Position numbers and translations under genes: made by a program. Below the pieces are notes generated by a model. The model did no database searches and had not been told where the DNA came from. It saw nothing but the letters and a program-made list of their open reading frames with translations. Of a stretch of DNA of 64,000 bases, positions 12,497 to 23,550 are shown piece after piece (the first letter of the stretch is position 1; every line of letters begins with the position of its first letter). Origin of the DNA: Mytilus edulis (Eukaryota). The stretch lies in contig NC_092351.1 of the NCBI RefSeq assembly GCF_963676685.1, forward strand, positions 90,334,001-90,398,000, given 5' to 3'.

Positions 12497-13117
12497 CTTG
12501 GCTCACACCGAACAACAAGCTATAAAGGGCCCCAAAATTTCTAGTGTAAAACCAACGGTCTAATCTATATAAACAAAACGAGAAACACGTATATATTACA
12601 TAAACAAACGACAACTACTGTACATCAGATTCCTGACTTAGGACAGGTGCAAACATTTGCAGCGGGATTAAACGTTTTAATGGATCCAAACCTTTTCCCT
12701 TTTTCTGAAACAATAGCATCCCTTCTGTTTAACGGGATACATACATGTATAGCTTAAAAACACGAAATCCCTGGCTTAAAAATACAAAATCTGGTGGTCC
12801 GGAAATTCGAAAAAAGAATTCCCGGATCCTGAAAGGGTCAATCCCCAAATCCCAATCTAAAAACACCTGGTCCCAGAGTCCTGATAAAGGTCCTATCCAC
12901 CCTCATAATTATTTGGACTAGGGGAGGGGTACAACATATGTTAAGCTCCAGATTACGTGTTTCAGGTTCCTTTTGAGCAAGTATGTATGCACCCCTGTGC
13001 TCCAAATTAATAGCTCCACGATATCATTATTATTTGGATTAGAGCAATATGTACCCATCCAGGAAATTAATGACAGGTACTGAGGTAGGCAGGACACCTG
13101 CGAAACGAAAATTAGTA

Positions 13118-13714
13118 TACTGAATTGTCATTGATATCGGCATTTGTCACATTGATAAATGGGACAGTCTTCAACTTTTCTTCAGATATAGCATCGCTAA
13201 TTGATAAATCCCTAAAGTATTTAACGGATTCACCATATATTCCCGCAGTTTTAGTCCGAAATCGCTTACTTGGAATGCCAATTCCCGAAAAATCTGAAAA
13301 TCTCTCATATTGGATGTTGAGAATTCCACTACACATGTAGGAATGGAACATCTTGTAATTAATATAATAATCCCCATGTAGATTTGGCGAAGAACTCCAA
13401 AACAAATACATCTGGTATAAGTCCTGTGACAATAAGGTCATCCTTGCCACATGTCCACATTTCTCATAATTCACTATTTTCAGGTTTCTGAATGTTTCAT
13501 GGAATTTTAATAGTTCCTGGATCTGGGAATATGTGCACACAAAAGTTTCATTTGGATCAATATCTAGTGTTGACTCACTCTTTAAGGATGTAATACTATC
13601 ATCAGAAAGAATTTCATTTTTGTTCACTGATTTATCTGATGTTTCTGTAGACATTGGTGTCTTCTGGTTCAAATCCAATAACTCAATTAATCTGTTGAAT
13701 AATTCTGTATTAGT
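13118..13714 (-). pseudogene. N-terminal half of the same Kolobok-like transposase
   Basis: ORF 13112-13678 extends upstream as KTNTELFNRLIELLDLNQK. It contains ETFVCTYSQIQEL...FWSSSPNL..YYINYKMFHSYMCSG..QYERF, the segment that precedes the first catalytic D, and joins 3331 in frame. Confidence 0.8.
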
Positions 13715-13715
13715 T

Positions 13716-15849
13716 TTTATACGACCGCAAAAATTGAAATTTTTTTGGTCGTATATTGGTATGATGTTAGCGTCGTCGTCGTCGTCGTCCGAATACTTTT
13801 AGTTTTCGCACTCTAACTTTAGTAAAAACGAATAGAAATCTATGAAATTTTAACACAAGGTTATGACCACAAAAGGAAGGTTGGGATTGATTTTAGGAGT
13901 TTTGGTTCCAACAGTTTAGGAATTAGGGGCCAAAAGAGGGCCCAAATAAGCATTATTCTTGGTTTTCGCACAATAACTTTAGTATAAGTAAATAGAAATC
14001 AATGAAATGTAAACACAAGGTTTATGACCACAAAAGGAAGGTTGGGATTGATTTTGGGAGTTGAGGTCCCAACAGTTTAGGAATTAGGGGCCAAAAAGGG
14101 GCCCAAATAAGCATTATTCTTGGTTTTCGCACCATAACTTTAGTATTAGTAAATAGAAATATATGAAATTTAAACACAAGGTTTATGACCATAAAAGGAA
14201 GGTTGGGTTTGATTTTGGGAGTTTTGGTCCCAAAAGTTTAGGAATAAGGGGCCCAAAGGGTTCAAAATTAAACTAAGTTTGATTTTAACAAAAATTGAAT
14301 TCCTGGGGTTCTTTGATATGCTGAATCTAAACATGTACTTAGATTTTGTATCATTGGCCCAGTTTTCAAGTTGGTCCAAATTGGGGTCCAAAATTAAACT
14401 TTGTTTGATTTCAACAAAAAATGTATTCTTGGGGTTTTTTGATATGCTGAATCTAAACATGTACTTATATTTTTTTATTATGGGCCCAGTTTTCAAGTTG
14501 GTCCAAATCGTGGTCCAAAATTAAACTTTGTTTGATATCAACAAAACTTGAATCCTTGAGGTTCTTTGATATACTGAATCTAAACCTGTATTAAGATTTT
14601 TCATTATAGGCCCAGTTTTCAAGTTGGTCCAAATTTGGGTCAAAAATTAAACTTTGTTTGATTTCAATAGAAATTGTATATATGCCGTTCGTCATCACGT
14701 TATTTCACTATGTTAAACCTTGGTAATCTAAAAGTCGTAAAGACCCTTTCATATTAAAATTTAAGGAAGTAAGCAAGATAATATTATTTGCAATCGGCAG
14801 ATATGACACACAAATATGTTTAGAAATGAACATTTGGTTACGAAAACCCTCACAAAGTATTTAACGTCAGAGTATCCCCCTTTTTTTCTCTTCGTATGCA
14901 TGGTGATTCTTTAAAGATTCATGAACAACTCAAGTATGAAAATGTGAAAAAAACAATTATTTTACATCTTTAATGTGTTTATCTCTAGTCAGAAACTATC
15001 AAAATGTCGATTATTTCGTTCCCGGCATTTTTACACCGAAAAGGGGAATAATCGATCTGAATCAATTCAGTGTTTAAATGTCGCCGAGTAAGGACTTCAA
15101 TATCATTCATCTATAAAGATCGCATTGGCGCACCCCGTTAACATTTATTGATCTCTTTAAAACTTGGCATATTTATTCTTGGAAAGCTCATGAATACGAA
15201 GATTGCTGTTTCTTGTTTTTAAAATGAATATAACATTTCTAAAATTGGCAAAATAGTTGACTTTTGGTGTGGCCACGGTTGGATTGTATGTCATTTCTGT
15301 TATTTTTTATTATGAAAGGGCACATTTAAAGAATGAAACAGCTGTTACGGGAAACATAACATATTTGTCAACCAAATACAACTTTATTTTTATTCATTTG
15401 TCTAGTTCTATGGGGTGCCCCAGGCTCTTGAAGTTGGACGTTCACACGCCATCTTTGAATGCTGCCCGTTACCATGGCAACCAGATGGAGGGTTCTGAGA
15501 CACCAGAAATTAAAACTTTGGATGATATTAGGGATGATAAAAATAAGTTCTGGGTATGAAAGTTTCTAGACAAAAATTCTAATTAATTTCAAATTTCATT
15601 GATTTTACATGAATAAATAGCCGATTTACTCTCGAACAGCATTAACCTACCTGCGTTAAAATTTAAAGTTTTTAAGTTTAAGTTCTTAGACCACATTCAT
15701 TATGTGTCAGAAAACTGTGTTGTGTCAACTTTTTAATCACAATCCAAATTCAAGCTGTATCAAGCTTGAATGTTGTGTCCATATTTGCCCCAATGTTCAG
15801 GGTTCGAACTCTGCGGTCGTATAAAGCTGCGCCCTGCGGAGCATCTGGT
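13716..15849 (+). mobile_element. Helentron-associated non-autonomous element (HINE/DINE-like) inserted in a T-run of the transposase
   Basis: 5' TTTATACGACCGCA has an inverted copy TGCGGTCGTATAAA near the 3' end, followed by a GC hairpin and CTGGT. A (GTC)n microsatellite at ~13772 and internal tandem core repeats at 13800-14680. No TSD. Confidence 0.88.
14684..15660. mobile_element. Unrelated ~1-kb segment nested in the HINE (DNA-transposon-like remnant)
   Basis: Interrupts the HINE core repeats and carries the GTTACCATGGCAACC box also found in the 20789-27379 element. Ends are not defined. Confidence 0.4.
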
Positions 15850-15851
15850 TT

Positions 15852-16005
15852 AATTATACAAAAAAAATCTATGTTCTTCCCAGCCAGACGGGAAATGAGA
15901 GCATATCAAAGTTATCTTTCTTTACCTGCTGATCGAGAGCTCTACGATAAGATAAAAGTCTATTTAAAGGATAAATTCGATCTTTTTCTGTCGAGTTTAA
16001 ACAAA
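15852..16005. pseudogene. 5' part of the transposase exon; 15852-15984 is apparently inverted (now reads on +)
   Basis: Re-inverting 15852-15984 gives splice acceptor TACTTTCTTTTTTAG (ends 16006) followed by LFKLDRKIIQKKSMFFPARREMRAYQSYLSLPADRELYDKIKVYLKDKFDL-KTNTELFNRL. Confidence 0.6.
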
Positions 16006-16393
16006 CTAAAAAAGAAAGTAAAACAAGCAATACTATAATTCATCAAAATATTGAAACCTAGAAGAACATTATGTTTTATTTAATGATTAACCACTGCAAC
16101 AGTCGATTGATCAATCTTACCGTTAAATTGTTGGATCATTTAACAGGACTAAATAGACTATAGTCAGGAATTCACTGGTTTGTTGCTGTGTTACATATTT
16201 GTTTTTCGTTGTATATAAATCTGGTTGTTAGTTTTCTACTTTGAATTGTTTTACTTTTTGTCTTTTCGGGGCCTTTTACTAGCTGAATATGCAGTATGGG
16301 TTTTATGCATTGTTGGTCTATAATTGCTAGTTTCTGTCATATGTTCTCTTGTGGAGAGTTGTCTATTTGGAAATCATAACACGTCTTTTTATG

Positions 16394-16489
16394 TTTAAGT
16401 ACATTATATATTAAGATGTATAAACTAGAAGAGGAGTTTAAAATCACTCATGTTCTAGTTTATACATCTTAATATATAATGTACTTAAA
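16394..16489. repeat. Perfect 37-bp inverted repeat with a 22-nt loop
   Basis: TTTAAGTACATTATATATTAAGATGTATAAACTAGAA at 16394-16430 and its reverse complement at 16453-16489. Confidence 0.95.
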
Positions 16490-16842
16490 GATACTGTAAC
16501 GGCAGGAAATATTGCGATGTTTTTCATAGTTTGTGAAAAATATCGACTGGTTTTATGTTAACTCGCAGAAACGGGCACGGCAAACGAGTTAGAGAGAATG
16601 GATGAATGAACATCAACGTTCAAAAATGAAAATACACGATACAGACCTTTTTTCTTAACTTTTTATACTAGTATATAAGATTCTCACATAAATCTATCCA
16701 AATTAAGATAGGGATAATTATAGCTGTTTATATAAGATTTATTCAAAGTTAGTTTCTTTTGGGTAAATGTTCGCATTACTATTATGTAGTTCTTGCTTAT
16801 TTAACAAAAATGACATCAAGGTAACAAAAAGTGTTTATCTAT

Positions 16843-16869
16843 CTATATATATATATATATATATATATA
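16843..16869. repeat. (TA)n microsatellite
   Basis: Seen directly. Confidence 0.9.
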
Positions 16870-17464
16870 ATCGTATATGGACCGATTTTGACTATTAACT
16901 GGCATTCTTAATATTACATGAGCAAGATAGCTATAAGAGCCGAGTACACGAGTTACGAAAAGAAGATAGTGAATAGAGGTGAGTGTATAAGGTCATATTT
17001 GAATTAGAATACTACACAATGCAATGCGATATTCTGTCTTAATAAGTTTGTTTAAATTTAAATTATAAAAGTCTTAATTGAGTAAACATTTATTTAAGTT
17101 TTTTTGAGAAAAACGAATTCAGATCATGTGTGTCGAATGTGAAGCAGGTCGAGGGTATATGTTCCCTTCCGTAGTACAGAATAACATAAGTAACATAGTT
17201 ACCCAAAGAAGTAGTTTTAAGGTGGTCGTTGTTTTATACGTGTTCCTTACTTGTTGGTATACGCCTGTTCTGGAATGATTGATCGCCGAGGTCTGCATTT
17301 TACAAAGATTGCTAAATTGGTGACCTTCAAAATATCTTAAAATATCTTATAAATATCTTGGACGACGTTTTATGATCAGAGGAGTGATGGGTAATAGTTA
17401 ACCATATACCCAAGTGAACCTCCATTACAATTGTATATTGAGTGTATATGCTTTCTTAACTTTA

Positions 17465-17715
17465 CGTTGGTTTCACAGTTTGTGATATTAATCTTGTGTT
17501 TCTAAACCTTGGATTGGTTTCACAGTATGAAATAGTATATCTTGTGTTGGTTTCACAGTTTGAAATGGTATATCTTGTGTTGGTTTCACAGTTTGAAATG
17601 GTATATCTTGTGTTGGTTTCACAGTATGAAATAGTATATCTTGTGTTGGTTTCACAGTTTGAAATGGTATATCTTGTGTTGGTTTCACAGTATGAAATAG
17701 TATATCTTGTGTTGC
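17465..17715. repeat. 33-bp minisatellite TGGTTTCACAGT(A/T)TGAAAT(A/G)GTATATCTTGTGT
   Basis: About 6-7 tandem copies; 11-aa periodicity in the overlapping ORFs. Confidence 0.95.
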
Positions 17716-18744
17716 ATGTTTAACAATCAATAAACTTATTGTTGTATCACATTTCACAAAAAAATGTCTAATCTTATTTCTCATCTAATTATAGATAATT
17801 ATTGAAAACTGATACTAAATACAACAATCTATGTCGAGTGTTTGTGTCACCTTTTGTAACAGGACGATTTAGTTTTGCCTCATTATGGTTTTGATTCGAT
17901 GCCGGTAGAATCATTTGCGTATCAACGTAACTTTATTGCCAAATAACAAGTTTAAATTGTTTTGAGTGAAACTGAAACCTACAATTTGTACTACAAACGC
18001 GATTTACTGACTTCTCAAAGGATCTTAAAGGTTTGAAGGACAATTACCATATTTTAACATTTTTTTTTTAATTTTGGTTTTTATTTGGCATCTGTAAAAT
18101 AAGTTATTATTTTATATTAAATGTTTATATTAATTCTTGTCTTAATTTTATTCATAATCGTATGAAATGCCTGGAAAACTTGACAAAAGCTGTTAAATAC
18201 TCATACCTTCTTATAGTGTATACGAGTAGAGTTTTCGTACACAAGATATTTGTTTAATTTTGTTCATTTATATAACCAACAATAATTGACGATTTTCCAT
18301 TTGGTATCTGACGAACAGTTGTCTCAATTCGATCAGACAACATCTACTTTTATTTTTTTTATATATATTTAAGGCTTCTTAAAAGACTTTATTAGTATCC
18401 AGATATTTTATCCAGAAACATTACAATCGACAAACATACTGTACTCTCTAAAAAGTAAAAACCAATAAAATCAAAGGTAAAGAGAATAACATGCAAATCA
18501 GATATAGTTCACACATAGTAATTAGGGTAAGGGTTATAGTTAACAATTGTGTAGAATGAAATACACTTTAGATTAAAATAAAGTGTTCATCAATATTACA
18601 AACATTAATAAGTACTACATCAGAAAAGAAATCAAACTTGCAGGGAACATGGAAAACGTCTCTTCCTCTCTCCCTCCATCCCTATGTCCGTCTGTTAATC
18701 ATTACGCCTGTAGCTCCGTCAAATGTACAGTTCTGGCCAAAATG

Positions 18745-20040
18745 TATATCATATGCGTATATCAGCAATGTCTCGGACGAGTTCTAAAACCAGTGCCGAT
18801 CAATATTTTATATCACATGTGTATATCCATAATGTCTCGAACAAATTCTAAAACCAGTGCCGATCAATATTTTATATTACATGTGTATATCAGCAATGTT
18901 TCGGACGAGTTCTTAAACCAGTGCTGATCAATATTTTATATCAAATGTGTATATCCGCAATGTCTCGGACGAGTTCTAAAACCAGTGCCGATCAATATTT
19001 TATATCACATGTGTATATCCATAATGTCTCGAACAAGTTCTAAAACCAGTGCCGATCAATATTTCATATCACATGTGTATATCAGCAATGTCTCGAACGA
19101 GTTCTTAAACCAGTGCTGATCAATATTTTATATCACATGTGTATATCAGCAATTTCTCGGACGAGTTTTAAAACCAGTGCCGATCAATATTTTATATCAC
19201 ATGTGTATATCAGCAATGTCTCGGTGGAGTTCTTAAACCAGTGCTGATCAATATTTTATATCACATGTGTATATCAGCAATGTCTCGGACGAGTTTTAAA
19301 ACCAGTGCCAACCAATATTTTATATTACATGTGTATATCAGCAATGTTTCGGACGAGTTTTAAAACCAATGCCAATCAATATTTTATATCACATGTGTGT
19401 ATCTGCAATGTCTCGGACGAGTTTTAAAACCAGTGCTGATCAATATGTTATATCCCATGTGTGTATCCTCAATGTTTCGAACGAGTTTTAAAACCAGTGC
19501 CGATCAATATTTTATATCACATGTGTATATCCATAATGTCTCGAACAAGTTCTAAAACCAGTGCCGATCAATATTTCATATCACATGTGTATATCAGCAA
19601 TGTCTCGGACGAGTTCTTAAACCAGTGCTGATCAATATTTTATATCACATGTGTATATTAGCAATGTCTCGGACGAGTTTTAAAACCAGTGCCGATCAAT
19701 ATTTTATATCACATGTGTATATCAGCAATGTCTCGGTGGAGTTCTTAAATCAGTGCTGATCAATATTTTATATCACATGTGTATACCCGCAATGTTTCGG
19801 ACGAGTTTTAAAACCAGTGCCAATCAATATTTTATATCACATGTGTATATCCACAATGTATCGGACGAGTTCTAAAACCAGTTCCGATCAATACTTTATA
19901 TCAGATGTGTATATCAGCAATGTGTCAGACGAGTTCTTAAACCAGTACCGATCAATATTTTATATCACATGTGTATATCTGCAATGTCTTGTGCGAGTTT
20001 TAAAACCAGTGCCGATCAATATTTTATATCACATTTGTTA
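18745..20040. repeat. 64-bp minisatellite (ATATCACATGTGTATATCAGCAATGTCTCGGACGAGTT..AAACCAGTGCCGATCAATATTTT), ~20 copies
   Basis: CAGTG anchor at 18791, 18855 and onward, period 64. Confidence 0.96.
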
Positions 20041-21979
20041 TATAAAAAAGAAGATGTGTACGGTATGATTGCCAATGAGACAACTATCCACAAAAGACCA
20101 AAATAACACAGACATTAACAACTATAGGTCACGGTATGCATCGAAAACATTGAATATATGGAAAGTTGTATTATTAGCGCATTCAAGTATACATTAACTG
20201 CCAATTGTTTATAAAACCTATTAAAGGTTTATAGCAAAAGTGTCTCATGCAAGTTCGGAATTCATTGCCAGATTTTTTATAGTAACTTATATTATACGTT
20301 TTTATCAGCGATGTCACGGACGAATTTGGAAATCAGTGCCGATTGATTATTTGTAAAAGGATAATGGACCTTAGAAATATCAATAATATGGAAATATGCA
20401 TTGAAAGCGCTGTCCCATGCACATGTCTGTTAGATTTTTAGTTATTGACCTTGAATAGATAAACTATCCGGTACGTCTGTTCTTTTGTTATCAATTTATT
20501 TGAGGAATATTTCCCACCATTCTAGCCTTGCGATATACTTCTATTTGTTTGAAAAACATTTCCCAACACTCTAGAATTGCGACAAACTTGTATTTATTTG
20601 GGGAACATTTCCCAGTATTCGAGCCTTGCAATATACATCTATGTGTTTGACCACGACATCATATTTCATAATAATTGATACTTTTATTGCTTACCACATT
20701 ACCTATTAACAGACTGATGTGAGTACTACTATTGAATGTTTACACTGTAAATAAATCATTATACAGAATGCCTAAGACGACAAATTAAGAGCAATTCTCT
20801 GTAACCACCAACCATTTTACATAGAGGTGCCGGCACGCATAGTCACCGATTTTCATGAAACTTAGCCAAAACATGTGATCATGTAAAAAAGTAAGAAAAA
20901 TGCCCACCCAAATGTTGCTAGGTCATGGTTGCCATGGTAACCAAGTGAATTAGATTTCCCGCAAATTTTGAGGAATTTAGCATCGAAAAAACAACTACTT
21001 TGCAGTCATTCGTAATCAAAACTAGGTTTTATTTAATGTTATTTGTAAATATTTTTTAGAAACATGAAACTTAACAAACAAAGTAGCAATGTCATATATA
21101 AAAAATATTTTGGCTGAATATTGTCACAACCGCAGAAGCAGAGGTCATTTTTCAATATAGTTCAGAAGACAAATTTTACACATTTTGTATGAACAAAATA
21201 GACATTTTTGCATCCACCTCCATTTAACCTGTGGTTATGAATGAAAAGTATCAACGTTTCTAATCAAAATAATATAACAAAATGTTTGGGAAATTAGGTT
21301 CTAGGATGGTTGCTATGGAAACAAAAATGTGTCATTTTTGCCTTTTTACCTCTAAAATGTAGCCATTTTAATAAAATAGTCCACAAAAAGTAATTATTAT
21401 TGAATGACTATGATGTGCAAACTATTGGCAATTAAATGACCATAAATTTGTCCAAAGGTCAAAGGTTATTGATGACCTTGACCTTTGACCCTGTGTATAT
21501 TAATTGAATTTTGAAAGGAAATATAATAGAAAGAGGCTACTATACATGGAGAAAATTGTCAGGATGTTTTAAGCCACCTTTTATCAGCATATGAAAAATA
21601 AAGAGTTATGGTCATGTCAAAAGTGCTTAGCAACCACCCTTATTTGATAAAAAATGTACCTAGCAACCATGCACAGCAACAGTTTATTTTAGATTTCATT
21701 TGGACAAAAATTAGAAAAAAATAATATTTAAAACACATGTCTAATCCGGAAAAGTAGATAATATAGCAAATTTAATTTCATGAGACTGATTACACATATA
21801 TACAAAAATTTAAAAGATGTCGTCTGATAAGACAACTCTCCAGAAGACAACCAAATGTTATTTAAAGACAAATTATTTATATCTACAAGAAGAAGAGAAA
21901 AGGAATATAACTGCTAAGAGATCAACCAGTTTATTTTGGTTGGAGTTAATTGGCCTTTCAAGCAAAGAAGTTAGGCACC

Positions 21980-22213
21980 TTTGTTAGTCTTGTATTATTT
22001 TAATTTTAGTTTCTTGTGTACAATTTGGAAATTAGTATGGCGTTCATTATCACTGGACTAGTATATATTTGTTTAGGGGCCAGCTGAGGGACGCCTCCGG
22101 GTGCGGGAGTTTCTCGCTACATTGAAGACCTGTTGGTGACACTCTGCTGTTGTTTTTTATTTGGTCGGGTTGTTGTCTCTTTGACACATTCCCCATTTCC
22201 ATTCTCAATTTTA
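21980..22213 (-). mobile_element. Short interspersed repeat nested in the Sola3-like element
   Basis: Ends ...GACACATTCCCCATTTCCATTCTCAATTTTA; homologous to 7861-7968. Confidence 0.75.
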
Positions 22214-23231
22214 CAATATAATCATTTTCACTCGTTATAACTTATAAGGCTTGATTATTTCATTTTTTTCATCGAAATTGTTTTTCATTGCGTACACACT
22301 GTTTTTGTATTTTAAATAGTTTTAGATGTGCATCTAAATGTACAGAAATTTGTGTTTAGCATGTTTTGGGCAATATTATTTATCTTCAGATCAAGACACT
22401 ATCACATTCATTTCGTTAAACTTCCATCATCCCCATCACAAAAGATTAAATGCTCTTTCCTAACTTTTTTTGTATATCCACAGTGGAAGATTAAAAAAAA
22501 TATATTAAAAAATACTTTGTGTGTTTAGCAAAAGTTATTTTAATAGAGTCTCAGTGCCAATTGAGATTGAGTAATCGAACAGACTAGACAATCAGGACCC
22601 CTTTTGGCCCCAAAATATAGAATTATTACATTTGCTTAAAAAGTAAACTCTAACGCTATTTATAAGAAAGTAGAAAGCGTGTGTTTGATAAATATGAATC
22701 GTCTTTGACAACACAGTGAAACAAGCGTTAAGAAATCGAGCACTTACTTATACAAGTGATGAGACAAGACATGAATTCGACAACTTCCATTTAAGACTAA
22801 AAACATTCTAAAAATGAAATGTAATAGCAAATTTGATTTATTTCCATATTTGAACTTGAATTTAAGTATTTGTAATGATGAAATCAGTTCAAATCTTTAA
22901 CACAAACTGATTGATTCAAGTGAAGTACACACTTTTTAAAGTGTCTAAAATGTAACATTTTTGGAAAAAATATCTTTTAACCGGACTTCTCCACAAACCA
23001 GATTTGGACACAATCATCATTAAAGTAATAATATACTTTCAAAATGTATCCTATGATGGCTTACATGGCTTAAATAGAATAAAGGAATAAAATGCAAGTT
23101 TAAATTGTCGATCATCATAAAAATTGTTATAAATAGAAAACCCTGAAAGGACCTTTAATATTCCGAGTGAAAGGGTCTACCAACTATCTATTTACAGGGG
23201 AATTTCTGGCCTGAAAGGATGAATGTTAACC

Positions 23232-23460
23232 TTTTTATGCCCCGCTGAAGCAGATGTGGCATTTAGTGTTACCCTTTCCATCTGTTTGTACGTTCGTCCA
23301 TCCGTATTTCCCAAAAGTTGGTATCCGTTCTCTTATTTTAGTTTGCCTTAGCCAAATATTGTTTTAACCTTACCATGCTTATTGCCACATAAAACATGTC
23401 AATTTGAAAATTGGGTGGCGTCACCTTTATCGTTTTAGAGGTTTATGACACGATTACAAA
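23232..23460 (+). mobile_element. Degenerate HINE 5' fragment
   Basis: TTTTTATGCCC start followed by a degenerate (GTCC/GTTC)n microsatellite. Confidence 0.5.
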
Positions 23461-23550
23461 TAATTTAACATGGTTAAGGTAGATCATAAAAATAGACTTT
23501 TTTAGACAAAATTTTCTTATTATTTGCTAAAATAAAGATTTAACTTTGCT

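Larger units (their letters stand above)
11112..12720 (+). mobile_element. Short interspersed repeat split by two later insertions
   Basis: ATATAGGAAGATGTGG...AAACCATTATA / TTAAAAGTACAGCCTTCAACACAGAGCCTTGGCTC / ACACCGAACAACAAGC... The same order occurs uninterrupted in the inverted copy at 8250-8488. Confidence 0.75.
3332..13117. mobile_element. ~9.8-kb composite insertion interrupting the transposase just upstream of the first catalytic Asp
   Basis: TAC is duplicated at 3329-3331 and 13118-13120. Removing the insert restores DINDNS-V-DIMTDARH in frame. The right end has hairpin GCAGG-ACA-CCTGC (13089-13101) shortly before TTAG|T, which is Helitron-like. Confidence 0.75.

Noticed and set aside
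3328-13120. The 9.8-kb insert as a GT...AG intron of the transposase
   Set aside because: Splicing GT(13120)...AG(3329-3328) gives TCA|ATA TCA TGA, which is out of frame and stops. The acceptor also lacks a pyrimidine tract.
14170-14524. 108-aa and 81-aa ORFs
   Set aside because: They lie within the tandem core repeats of the HINE.
18745-20040. CRISPR array or ribozyme array
   Set aside because: The units are fully tandem with no unique spacers, there are no cas genes, and there is no CUGANGA...GAAA pair. The same applies to the other arrays.
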